A DNA stretch of 32,332 bases from a virus (Duplodnaviria; Caudoviricetes), in IMG/VR virus record IMGVR_UViG_3300032305_001548, positions 1-32,332 of that record; one strand, given 5' to 3'. The notes beneath the pieces were generated by a model. The model searched no databases. It had not been told where the DNA came from and was given only the letters and a program-made list of their open reading frames with translations. The stretch's first letter is position 1. Each line of letters starts with the position of its first letter. The position numbers and the translations under genes are program-made. Positions 24,156-32,332 of the stretch are shown in pieces.

Positions 24156-24316
24156 GCATTCGCCCGAGCGTGATTGACCGTCGCGGAGAGCGGCCCTGTC
24201 TGCCAACAGGCGCACTGCTCGCTGTCTGCGAGCGGTTGGCCCAGGGCGGCACACCTTCGCTCAAAGACCGCGTGGTGGCCGTTCTTAGCCAACTCCGCAA
24301 CCGCATCAGCCTGTGA
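24152..24316 (+). CDS. Hypothetical protein (54 aa)
   Basis: Read manually; ATGA/GTGA-coupled on both sides. Confidence 0.5.
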   Translation: MSIRPSVIDRRGERPCLPTGALLAVCERLAQGGTPSLKDRVVAVLSQLRNRISL

Positions 24317-24420
24317 TTCCTCACCCTCCAGATCAGTCACTGATGGCCATGCTCATCCTCTGCGCGCTGGCGCTGGGCTGCGCCTGGTCAGTCAACGCCC
24401 TTATCCAATTACTCAAATGA
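24313..24420 (+). CDS. Small hydrophobic peptide (35 aa)
   Basis: Read manually; coupled at both ends; MAMLILCALALGCAWSVNALIQLLK. Confidence 0.45.
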   Translation: MIPHPPDQSLMAMLILCALALGCAWSVNALIQLLK

Positions 24421-24839
24421 TCCGCGAACTGGAAGGACTCACAGGCTCGTCGTTCAACGGCAAGCCAACAATGCGAACCGGGGATAAAGTCCGCGAGCGC
24501 AGCGGCTACGAGTTGTTGGCTTGGGCCATCCTTGAGCAAGCCGTGGATGACCTGGCGACCTTCGCTCGCTACGGCCTGATTACTCCCCAGGGCGAATGCC
24601 GGCCTTGGCCCTATCAAATGCGGAGAAGGTTCAAAATGCAGGGCGGGCAGCTTGAGTGTTTTAACCACCGAGCCCGAGCGCAAATTTGTTGCTGCACCGG
24701 CCCGCATGAGCACCGGCAACTGCGGGCGTGGTTCCTATCAGACGAGGCACAAACCTTTTGCGACCTCATCGGCTGCACTCTCGACCCCGCCGAAATTTTT
24801 GCCAGCACGATCAAACATCACTCAGGAGGAAAACTGTGA
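24417..24839 (+). CDS. Hypothetical phage protein
   Basis: ATGA-coupled start; LLAWAILEQAVDDL...WFLS...FCDLIG pattern typical of a small phage family. Confidence 0.6.
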   Translation: MIRELEGLTGSSFNGKPTMRTGDKVRERSGYELLAWAILEQAVDDLATFARYGLITPQGECRPWPYQMRRRFKMQGGQLECFNHRARAQICCCTGPHEHRQLRAWFLSDEAQTFCDLIGCTLDPAEIFASTIKHHSGGKL

Positions 24840-25015
24840 GTCACGAAATGGAAATGGAAGATTACATGGTTGATCTGCGCCGAAAGGTGGCAATCGTCGA
24901 AGAGCAGAACCAAGCCCTGCGCGAGCAAAACAGTCGTTTGACGTTGGCTCTTGATGAGGCTCTGGCCGTCGCTCGCCGTTATCGCGGCGGCATCAAGCAG
25001 GAGGATACACTTTGA
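24836..25015 (+). CDS. Small coiled-coil protein
   Basis: GTGA-coupled; heptad pattern. Confidence 0.55.
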   Translation: MSHEMEMEDYMVDLRRKVAIVEEQNQALREQNSRLTLALDEALAVARRYRGGIKQEDTL

Positions 25016-25308
25016 GCAACAATCTCGTAGGGGAAATGCTGGTCGGGCGGGTGAACCTTGGGGGGTTCTCACAAGCCTGTCCGGCCAGCTATTCCTGCAC
25101 CGAGGACGCAATGGCTCGGTCCATCGTTCGGCTTGAGTGCGAAAACGAGGAACTGCGGGCCACCGTAGCAATGCTTGAGGCCGAGCGCGAAATTATGCGC
25201 GCCAAACTCATTTGCGGCGCACGGCCCGCCACGTTGGAAGAGGTCAGAGAGTCGGTGCGCGAGAAGTATGACCCTGAGTACGAATTCGGAGGGCGCGACA
25301 ATGAGTAA
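25012..25308 (+). CDS. Hypothetical coiled-coil protein
   Basis: TTG start with GGAGG upstream; overlaps neighbours. Confidence 0.55.
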   Translation: MSNNLVGEMLVGRVNLGGFSQACPASYSCTEDAMARSIVRLECENEELRATVAMLEAEREIMRAKLICGARPATLEEVRESVREKYDPEYEFGGRDNE

Positions 25309-25678
25309 GATGAGCCGCGACAAGGGCAAGCGGGGCGAGCGTCTATGGCGTGACGTATTGCGCGCTTACGGCTTTGTGGCCGAGCGCGCCGGTTACAAGC
25401 AAGCGGCCTTTGGTGGTGGTGGTGCCGACGTGGAGGACAACAGCGGCCTTTGGTGGGAAGTCAAGTTCGTCGAGAAGCTCAACGTGCGCCAGGCATACGA
25501 GCAGGCAGCGGTGGCTGCGGCTTTCGATCAGCCGCCGGCCGTGGCGCATAAGACCTCGAGCAAGCCGTGGTTAGTGACGATGGCAGGGGAAGATTTTCTT
25601 TTGATTTTGCAGAAGCTCAGGGCCGCCGAAGTGCGACCGGCTGACGCACAACAGCAATCCGCCGGGTGCGCCGGGTAG
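25301..25678 (+). CDS. Holliday junction resolvase, Hjc-like PD-(D/E)xK
   Basis: SRDKGKRGER, GADV, WEVK, VAHK, PWLVTM. Confidence 0.8.
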   Translation: MSKMSRDKGKRGERLWRDVLRAYGFVAERAGYKQAAFGGGGADVEDNSGLWWEVKFVEKLNVRQAYEQAAVAAAFDQPPAVAHKTSSKPWLVTMAGEDFLLILQKLRAAEVRPADAQQQSAGCAG

Positions 25679-25716
25679 CTGAACAACTAAGCACCAACAA
25701 GAAAGAGAACACACAT

Positions 25717-26238
25717 ATGGCAAAGATACCTGAAAGCAGTGGCGGCGGATTGGCGGACATGGGGCCACCACCACCGGCCGGAACCTACCTCGCAGTTTGC
25801 ACCGACGTGATCGACCTTTACGGGGTCGATCGCAAGAAGTATGAATCGGAGGAAATGGAGAAGGTGGACGTGACGCGCTTCGTCTTCGGCGTGAAAGCGA
25901 AAAGCGGCCAACTGCACAAAATCGCCACCCGCGAGATGAAGATCACCAGCGGGCCGAAGGCTAACCTGACCAAGTTCATCAAAGCGTGGACAGGCGAGGT
26001 GCCGAAAGCGGGCTGGGACACCGAATCCCTTAAGGGCAAGGGCGCGCAGATCACCGTGACGGCCGAGGAGGCCCGCAACGGAAAGACCTACAACAACATC
26101 ACGGGCATTGCCCCGGTGTTGGAGGACTACGCGGACAAGGTGCCGGCGGTCAACGCCTTCGCCAAGGTCGGCGGGAATGTGTCGGATGATTCCGACCTCG
26201 AGGTGCTCGGGCCGGTCAAGGGCGGAGATCCGTTCTGA
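25717..26238 (+). CDS. Single-stranded DNA-binding protein
   Basis: PAGTYLAVC..VIDL, KANLTKFIKAW, LKGKGAQI, TYNNI; acidic tail ending DPF. Confidence 0.7.
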   Translation: MAKIPESSGGGLADMGPPPPAGTYLAVCTDVIDLYGVDRKKYESEEMEKVDVTRFVFGVKAKSGQLHKIATREMKITSGPKANLTKFIKAWTGEVPKAGWDTESLKGKGAQITVTAEEARNGKTYNNITGIAPVLEDYADKVPAVNAFAKVGGNVSDDSDLEVLGPVKGGDPF

Positions 26239-26319
26239 GGAAATTGGGGCGGGAGCGCAGCGGAGTCCAACTTTCGACGGGAAGACTCCAGCGCCCCGCC
26301 CCGCAACCCTACCGATTGC

Positions 26320-27156
26320 ATGGCCATTATTACGAAGTCCGTCATGGACTCAAGCCACTGGTATTCCCTAGACGGAAAGCCGGTTCACACCCAACCGACA
26401 AAGGACGGCGAGGGGCAACGGGCAACAACTTTGCGGGACGCCCGCAAGTTGGCTTTGCTGCCGTCAGTCACTTCGATCATCAGTATCCTCGACAAGCCGC
26501 AGCTTACGCGCTGGAAGCTGCGCGAGACTGCCAAGGCGGCGCTCAATGTGCCGCCGCCGCAGGGCGATGAACCGCTCGAGCGGTTTGCGGATCGGGCCAT
26601 CGAGCACGCGATGAGCCAGGTGGGCGAGGCGGCGGACCTCGGGACTAAGATCCACAACGCTATCGAGAACCTCATGCGCGGCAGCGCCGAGGAGCCGAGC
26701 GATGAGATGCGGCCATTCGTCAAGCCGGTGTTGGAGTGGATGCGCTCTGTCGGCGTCAAGGTCACGCATTCCGAAATTGTCTTGGTTAATGCCGTTCACG
26801 GCTTCGCCGGCCGAGTGGATGCGTTGTTCACCTGGGGCGACGGCTTTGGGAAGATGGGCATCCTCGACTTCAAGACCAAGAAAACCAAGGAGGGCGAGAA
26901 GGTCGAAGCCTACGACGAACACCTTTTGCAGTTGGCAGCTTACGCGGCCACGCATTACAGCCCCGAGCACCTCAAGCACGTTGTCGCGGCCAATCTATTC
27001 ATTAGCTCGACCGAGCCTGGCCGCCTTGAGGTAGTCAAGCACGACAAGGAGCGGATGGTCGCGGCCTACGAGGCATTCACACAGATGTGCGCGATCTGGC
27101 GCTTTCGCAAGGGGTATGACCCGAGGCCGGAAGTGCAAATGAAGGAGGCGGCATGA
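26320..27156 (+). CDS. PD-(D/E)xK exonuclease (Cas4/RecB-like phage type)
   Basis: LLPSVTSII, GTKIH, FAGRVD, ILDFKT, LQLAAY. Confidence 0.85.
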   Translation: MAIITKSVMDSSHWYSLDGKPVHTQPTKDGEGQRATTLRDARKLALLPSVTSIISILDKPQLTRWKLRETAKAALNVPPPQGDEPLERFADRAIEHAMSQVGEAADLGTKIHNAIENLMRGSAEEPSDEMRPFVKPVLEWMRSVGVKVTHSEIVLVNAVHGFAGRVDALFTWGDGFGKMGILDFKTKKTKEGEKVEAYDEHLLQLAAYAATHYSPEHLKHVVAANLFISSTEPGRLEVVKHDKERMVAAYEAFTQMCAIWRFRKGYDPRPEVQMKEAA

Positions 27157-27809
27157 GCGATTGGACCCCACCGCCAAACCCGATCAGCTTTGATTGGGAA
27201 GATTACAACCACGACAAGATGCCGAAGCTGTTCACAGCTGAACAGATTTCAAAAGTTACTGGCATCGAAGAAGTGAGGCTATTGGAGTTGGCGAATGAAG
27301 GTTGCGCCCCTCATGTCAGGTTGGACGGAAAGCAAATACGTTTTCTCAAAGAGCACATTGTTTACTGGATCAAAAAAAATCTGGTTCACATTTGCGACGG
27401 GACGGCTCTCACGCCAGTCAAGGTTCTTGTGCCGGGAGCAGCTAATGCATCTAAAACACCGCAGGAGCTGACGCAGTTTGCCGACAGGCTTTATTACACG
27501 CCAGCTTGGGTGTTTGCGGGCATCTATTTTTTGGTCCGCGAAAACAAAGTTGTTTATGTCGGCCAAGGCGTGAACTGCGGATCTCGTTCCTTGTCCCATC
27601 GTGACAAGATATTTGACCACGTTTTTGCCATGCCATGCCCAAGAAAGGAGCTCAATCGAGTTGAGGCGGCATTCATTAGTGTCCTTAAGCCAAAATACAA
27701 CGCGATAAATACAAGATCAAAGACTCGCAACCACGTTAATTCGCATCCAGAGGCATACAATGATCCTTGGTCCGTTCTTGAACCATTGATTGCAAAGGAG
27801 GCCGCATGA
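27153..27809 (+). CDS. Excisionase-like HTH fused to GIY-YIG nuclease domain
   Basis: LFTAEQISKVTGI...PHVRLDGKQIRF; GIYFL..VVYVGQ..R..H..EAAFI..KPKYN. Confidence 0.75.
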   Translation: MSDWTPPPNPISFDWEDYNHDKMPKLFTAEQISKVTGIEEVRLLELANEGCAPHVRLDGKQIRFLKEHIVYWIKKNLVHICDGTALTPVKVLVPGAANASKTPQELTQFADRLYYTPAWVFAGIYFLVRENKVVYVGQGVNCGSRSLSHRDKIFDHVFAMPCPRKELNRVEAAFISVLKPKYNAINTRSKTRNHVNSHPEAYNDPWSVLEPLIAKEAA

Positions 27810-27991
27810 CCGCCTCCCAAACCACCATCGACAGCGCCATCCTGCGCCTGGCCAAAGAGCGCAACGAGGCGCGCGAGCTCGTGAAGCGCATGGCCTATGC
27901 GCCGGCCGACGATAGAAGCCAAGAGCGGTATGAGGCGCATTGCGCTGCCCTGCGGGCGGTTCGGATATGGAAGGAGGGTGACCATGAGTGA
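27806..27991 (+). CDS. Hypothetical protein
   Basis: AAGGAGG SD, ATGA-coupled; ERNEARE. Confidence 0.6.
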   Translation: MTASQTTIDSAILRLAKERNEARELVKRMAYAPADDRSQERYEAHCAALRAVRIWKEGDHE

Positions 27992-28166
27992 GTGGATACC
28001 CGCCGACAAGGAACTGCCGGGCAACGTGCGGTGCGTCCTAGCCACGGATATGGAGTGCCATTTCATTGCCATCTACGAGGACGAGCAGTGGATTAACGCG
28101 CACACCTCGGACCAGATCGACAGCCATATCACGCATTGGATGGAACTGCCGGAGGCGCCGGAATGA
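27984..28166 (+). CDS. DUF551-like protein
   Basis: MSEWIPADKELP...ITHWMELPEAPE. Confidence 0.8.
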   Translation: MSEWIPADKELPGNVRCVLATDMECHFIAIYEDEQWINAHTSDQIDSHITHWMELPEAPE

Positions 28167-28363
28167 AGCGCAACCGTTGGCAACCGCACCCTGACCGGCT
28201 GATCTGGAACAACAACGGCACTTATTGGCTGCGGTGGGCTCCGTTTGATCCCGTGGTGAAGCACCCGCGCATGGCGGCCAACCTAAAGACAAAAGACATC
28301 GATGAAGCGCGCCGGCGGCGGGATGAATTCATGGCCAACTGGAATCGGAAGGAGGCAGCGTGA
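28163..28363 (+). CDS. Small protein resembling an integrase arm-type DNA-binding domain
   Basis: IWNNNGTYWLRW...NLKTKDIDEARRRRD. Confidence 0.55.
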   Translation: MKRNRWQPHPDRLIWNNNGTYWLRWAPFDPVVKHPRMAANLKTKDIDEARRRRDEFMANWNRKEAA

Positions 28364-29247
28364 GCAAATTCCTCGCCTGGTGCCGTAATCCCAACCGCCG
28401 CAAGCGCGATTGGAACAGCATCCACGGTCAAATATATTTTTGGGCGTGTCTGCTGCGGGACGATGGTGTCGGCCACGCACGGGCATATTACATCATTCGG
28501 CGGATGCTGGACGCAGAGCGGGAGGCCGGTGCGCGTTTTGTGCCGGATCGGGAAGTCCTGTCGGCCATTCAGTATTCCTACGAGGTAACACCCTCCACCG
28601 GCACGCCACGCACGCGGCCTTGGCCGGTGCCGAACCGCACGCTTCAAGGCGAGTGCCGCCGGCTGTCCAAGGCTCGCGGCTGGACGTTGGACAAGTTGCG
28701 GGAGGCTTCGGCCTTTACGGTCAAAGACGCGCTTGAAGCCGACCCTTGGTTCTTTTTGGCGGACATGGTGGGCAAGGGCGCATTGGTTTGCATTGGCCAA
28801 GGCGTGGCCAAGTTTCAGACGTTGGCGCTCGAGGAGGTGCGCGGACAGCTTCACCTGTGGGAGTTTGTCGTGCCGAATGCAATGTCGGCCCTCGAGGGCA
28901 AGCGCAAGAGCGACGGCGAGCTTTCGGCGCACACCTTGGACAACACGGGGCCACGACAGAACATAGTCGTGGAGTTCGATGACGGGGCCACGCCGGATGA
29001 GCAGGCAGCCAGGCATATTTGGCTTTCTGAGTATCGCAAACTGCGGATGGTGGTCTTCAGCGGCAGCAAGTCACTCCACGGCTGGTATCAGGCCAAAGAC
29101 GAGGCCGATGACCGCAAATTCATGGAGGAGGCCGTGCGCCTGGGTGGCGACCCAAAGACTTGGCTGAAGTCACAATTTGTCCGTTTGCCCAACGGGCAGC
29201 GGGAGGATGGAACAATTCAACGAGTGGAGTATTTCGATGCCGCATAA
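28360..29247 (+). CDS. Primase, AEP/RepB-like
   Basis: IVVEFDD, VVFSGSKSLHGWY, FVRLPNG. Confidence 0.75.
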   Translation: MSKFLAWCRNPNRRKRDWNSIHGQIYFWACLLRDDGVGHARAYYIIRRMLDAEREAGARFVPDREVLSAIQYSYEVTPSTGTPRTRPWPVPNRTLQGECRRLSKARGWTLDKLREASAFTVKDALEADPWFFLADMVGKGALVCIGQGVAKFQTLALEEVRGQLHLWEFVVPNAMSALEGKRKSDGELSAHTLDNTGPRQNIVVEFDDGATPDEQAARHIWLSEYRKLRMVVFSGSKSLHGWYQAKDEADDRKFMEEAVRLGGDPKTWLKSQFVRLPNGQREDGTIQRVEYFDAA

Positions 29248-30487
29248 ATCAAAAAATGCACAAGCCGTGGGAGCGGATGCCCTCAAAGAAACCGAGCACA
29301 TGGACGAGAACAAGCCGCTTAACATCCATGTGGTTAAAACGGCCGACAATCCTGACGGGACCAATGACCGAGATATCGACGGCCTGCCGCCCTGGGTGGA
29401 TGGTAACACGCTCATCGGCTACGAGGACGAGGCACCAGAGGTCTTGATCTGCGGCCCTACCGGCGAGGATGAGGGCGGCGTCCTGCGGCGTTGCTCTAAG
29501 CTCGTGGTGGGCGGCGGCTCGAAAATGGGCAAGACGTGGTGCCTGGTTGATCTCGCCTTAGCCGTGGCCTCGGGCGGCAAGTGGCTCGGACACTTTCAAT
29601 GCCGCCAGGGCAACGTCCTTTACGTTAACCTCGAACTACGGCGACACACTGCCGGCCGCCGGGTGCGGTGGATCGCGGAGAAGCGTGGCCTAATGCAAGG
29701 GCTGGCCATCCGTCCCGAGGTGGCCTCGTCCATCCAGACATGGAATCTGCGCGGGCAGTGCTACGACCTAGTGATGATGCTTTCGACGGCTCGGCAGCGA
29801 CTCAGTGACAAGGACGCCCCAAAGTTCTCCCTGATCATCTTGGATCCCATTTACAAGTGCTACGGGGACAAGGACGAGAACTCGGCCGGCGATATGGCGG
29901 CTTTAATGTTAGAGATCGAGCGGTTTGCCGATGAGTGCAACGCGGCCATCGCCTATGCCGCCCACTTCAGCAAGGGCAACCAATCGGGCAAGGAGGCGAT
30001 GGACAGGATCTCTGGCAGCGGGGTCATGGCGCGTGATCCTGACGCGATCATGACGTTTACCAACCACGAGCAAGAGGACTGCTACACGCTGGACGCGATC
30101 CTGCGCGAGTTTGCGCCGATCCCGCCAACGGTTTTCCACTGGCAAGCGCCGCTGATGAATCCGCGCACGGATCTCGACCCGACCAAGCTCAAGCAGCCGG
30201 GTAAGGCGGCCAAGACTGTGGCCCCGCAGCGCGCAGAAGCTATCCGCAGGGTGCTGGAGGCCAATGACGGCAGCTTGCCGCGCGCCACGGCCATCCGCAT
30301 GGCTGTCGAAGCGGAGGGTAAAAAGGCATCAGACCCCGACACTGAACGGGCCTGGTTGGCCTCTTTGGATCGGCACAAAAACGCTTTGGCCGATGAAGGC
30401 ATCGAGGAGGTGGCCCAAGGGCCGGGCAGAAGCCCGATTTTGCGGATTGAAGTAACCCCAAAAAAGGCGACCCGTGACCCGTTTTGA
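29237..30487 (+). CDS. Replicative helicase, RepA/AAA_25 family
   Basis: Walker A GGSKMGKT, LYVNLEL, Walker B IILDPIY, DENSA, AHFSKG, SGSGVMARDPD. Confidence 0.88.
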   Translation: MPHKSKNAQAVGADALKETEHMDENKPLNIHVVKTADNPDGTNDRDIDGLPPWVDGNTLIGYEDEAPEVLICGPTGEDEGGVLRRCSKLVVGGGSKMGKTWCLVDLALAVASGGKWLGHFQCRQGNVLYVNLELRRHTAGRRVRWIAEKRGLMQGLAIRPEVASSIQTWNLRGQCYDLVMMLSTARQRLSDKDAPKFSLIILDPIYKCYGDKDENSAGDMAALMLEIERFADECNAAIAYAAHFSKGNQSGKEAMDRISGSGVMARDPDAIMTFTNHEQEDCYTLDAILREFAPIPPTVFHWQAPLMNPRTDLDPTKLKQPGKAAKTVAPQRAEAIRRVLEANDGSLPRATAIRMAVEAEGKKASDPDTERAWLASLDRHKNALADEGIEEVAQGPGRSPILRIEVTPKKATRDPF

Positions 30488-30501
30488 CCCCCCAAAAACC
30501 C

Positions 30502-30580
30502 ACCACACACACCCTATAGGGAAATGTGTGTGTGTGGTAGGTCCGAAAGACCAAGGACGGACGTGCCTTACGTCCCGTCC
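30502..30580. repeat. Inverted-repeat cluster downstream of helicase (candidate origin)
   Basis: ACCACACACAC/GTGTGTGTGGT arms around palindrome CCCTATAGGG; second hairpin GGACGGACGT/ACGTCCCGTCC. Confidence 0.6.
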
Positions 30581-30622
30581 GCCCAAGGTCTGTAGGAGGG
30601 CCGACAAATTGACCAAAAACCA

Positions 30623-30814
30623 ATGAAAAAGACACGCAAAGCAAAGCTGGCCGAACTACGAGAGGGCAGGCCAACTCTCAACAATGGCCAACCCGCAGAA
30701 TGGCTGATTGCGGCAGTGGGCCAAGATGTGGCCGAGGCGGCCGTATTGTTTGCCGCTGCGGCCATTGAGATGGCTGGGGTCACGCTGCGGCTAAATGAGG
30801 GGAGGGCAGCGTGA
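30623..30814 (+). CDS. Hypothetical protein
   Basis: 63 aa, GTGA-coupled to the next gene. Confidence 0.5.
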   Translation: MKKTRKAKLAELREGRPTLNNGQPAEWLIAAVGQDVAEAAVLFAAAAIEMAGVTLRLNEGRAA

Positions 30815-30981
30815 GCATTCCAAAAACGATGGATCAAGTCCCCCAGCATTATGGTCGAAGCCCTGTGCGCCCGGTTGGGCCGCGATATGCGCGCAACCGA
30901 ACCAAGACCAAGCGTGACTTGGCCAAGGCTAAACGGCGCAGACTTATAGCGAAACAAAGCAGACGGAGGAACCGCAGATGA
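30811..30981 (+). CDS. Small Arg/Lys-rich protein (56 aa)
   Basis: Read manually; GGAGG SD; coupled at both ends; ends KAKRRRLIAKQSRRRNRR. Confidence 0.55.
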   Translation: MSIPKTMDQVPQHYGRSPVRPVGPRYARNRTKTKRDLAKAKRRRLIAKQSRRRNRR

Positions 30982-31190
30982 CCAACAACGATTGGAAAAA
31001 GGAAAAAGACACAACGCAAGCGCCATGCCCCAAATGTGACGGCAGGGGTTATCGGGGGGGCTATTGCCTTGATTGTGGCGAGTATTGGCACGGTGAAAAA
31101 AACGCAACTGCTAATGCCCGAACTGTTGGCAAACGCTTTCAAGAGGCGTGGGCAATTTCACAGGCATCATTTGAACACGACTATGATTGA
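30978..31190 (+). CDS. Small zinc-finger protein
   Basis: CPKCDGRG...CLDCG. Confidence 0.55.
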   Translation: MTNNDWKKEKDTTQAPCPKCDGRGYRGGYCLDCGEYWHGEKNATANARTVGKRFQEAWAISQASFEHDYD

Positions 31191-31695
31191 CATTCGCCGC
31201 TTCGCCAGCATGGGCGAAAACCCCTTAGACAAACTGGAAACCTCCCACCGGCCAGACATGGCCGGCGAGATCGACACCCTTGCCCAAGAGTGGGCCGAGG
31301 ACTTGGATCTGGTTGCCTGGCAAGTCGAGGCTCTGGCTCTGATGCTTGCCGAATACCATTTGAGGGAGAGCAGGGAGACGGCCAGCCGGATGCTTATCCC
31401 TATCGTCACTTATCTGAACGAGGCGAAGGGCAATAAAACGCTGCGGTATTATGCTTTCTTGCTGGCGGCGGGCGACACCAGCATCACGCTGGTCCATTCC
31501 TACTCGGAGCTTGCCCGCAAGATTGGCGTGACCAGGGCGGCATTAAGCAAAGCCGTCATCGAGATGCAGGGCCAGCTTGGCCTGACAGCACACAACGGAT
31601 TTCAGAAGAGCGAGCAGGCCCGCGAGAGTTCGCGGAAAGCCGCGCACCGTTCTTGGAGCAAACGACAGGGAGACAAGGAACACACACATGAATAA
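31183..31695 (+). CDS. HTH transcriptional regulator (candidate late activator; alternative start 31210)
   Basis: SYSELARKIGVTRAALSKAV; near end of early arm. Confidence 0.65.
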   Translation: MIDIRRFASMGENPLDKLETSHRPDMAGEIDTLAQEWAEDLDLVAWQVEALALMLAEYHLRESRETASRMLIPIVTYLNEAKGNKTLRYYAFLLAAGDTSITLVHSYSELARKIGVTRAALSKAVIEMQGQLGLTAHNGFQKSEQARESSRKAAHRSWSKRQGDKEHTHE

Positions 31696-32263
31696 AGAGA
31701 TTGAGAAGGCGGCAGCGCAGGCGCTGGCCGAGGACATCAACGCCAAGCACGCGGCCATCATGGCCCTTGTTGATGGCGTAAAGGACACGGCCAAGGAGAT
31801 CGGGGCAATGGCCAACGAAGTGGGCATGGCACTGACCAGCGCCCGCGATACCATTGGGCCAGCGTTTCAACACTGGCTGCGGGAGAACGTCACGATCAGC
31901 ACGGCAGTGGCCGAGCGATACATTCGGCATCACGCCCATTACCACCCTGACCAGTTGTTTCTGCCTGGCTTTAAGATGATCGAGGACAGGGCAAGCGTGG
32001 TGGCACAGGCCAAGGCTAACGCTGAAGCGGGAGGCGAGGGCGACCAACCCAAGCAGGACGAAGTGCCAGACGTTAGCGTCAGGGACATTGCCGCAGGCTG
32101 GGTCTACGATGCCCGGCGCTGGTTCTCGCAATTGATCCACAAGCTGCCGCCTGAGAGCATGAGTGCAGAGCAGATCGAGGACACGCTGCGCGTGGTCAAG
32201 CCGGTGAGGGACATGATCTGGGCCTACGAGAAGCGGCTGGTTGCGCTAAATGGGGGGCAATAA
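31688..32263 (+). CDS. DUF3102-like protein
   Basis: EVGMALTSARD...FQHWLRENV.IS..VAERYIR. Confidence 0.65.
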   Translation: MNKEIEKAAAQALAEDINAKHAAIMALVDGVKDTAKEIGAMANEVGMALTSARDTIGPAFQHWLRENVTISTAVAERYIRHHAHYHPDQLFLPGFKMIEDRASVVAQAKANAEAGGEGDQPKQDEVPDVSVRDIAAGWVYDARRWFSQLIHKLPPESMSAEQIEDTLRVVKPVRDMIWAYEKRLVALNGGQ

Positions 32264-32318
32264 AGTGACGAACCTTATTGAGACTGCGACTAGGAGTCTT
32301 CTCAACCTACAGAGCGCG

Positions 32319-32332
32319 AGGAGCCTGCGACG
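32319..32332 (+). repeat. Terminal direct repeat / probable cos, right copy
   Basis: Identical to 1-14. Confidence 0.8.

Noticed and set aside
26320-27156. Cas4-like nuclease as sign of a CRISPR system
   Set aside because: No repeat-spacer array or other cas genes; common stand-alone phage exonuclease next to SSB
1-32332. Alternative genetic code, tRNA genes or integrase/attP
   Set aside because: Standard-code ORFs tile the genome and all three stops are used; no cloverleaf or recombinase catalytic motif seen by eye

Overview
The window looks like one complete ~32.3 kb tailed dsDNA phage genome (siphovirus-type organisation), opened at its probable cos site; the 14 bp AGGAGCCTGCGACG occurs at both ends. 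Gene order on the + strand: lambda-type terminase (TerS, GpA-like TerL), gpW-like protein, lambda-type portal, protease with a nested scaffold, major capsid, a GT2-TPR-GT glycosyltransferase, neck/tail genes, a short tape measure, tail-tip genes, a Ser/Thr-rich protein followed by a second glycosyltransferase and an RmlC-like epimerase, fibre and adaptor genes (one fibre has a signal peptide) and a lysis cassette. Then come a short minus-strand operon (metallophosphoesterase, wHTH, GNAT) and an early/replication arm (alpha-CTD-like protein, RHH regulators, Hjc-type resolvase, SSB, PD-(D/E)xK exonuclease, Xis/GIY-YIG fusion, primase, AAA_25 helicase, HTH regulator, DUF3102). I found no integrase, CI repressor, DNA polymerase, tRNA or CRISPR array. 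Main points of interest: (1) a candidate virion glycosylation system (two GT genes, a sugar epimerase, a mucin-like acceptor and a secreted TN-rich fibre); (2) a genome-wide TTGACA-N14-16-start codon signal that cannot be an ordinary sigma70 -35 box; (3) internally duplicated tail terminator and tube proteins. A Verrucomicrobia/PVC host is an inference only. All annotations come from reading motifs by eye, not from database searches.
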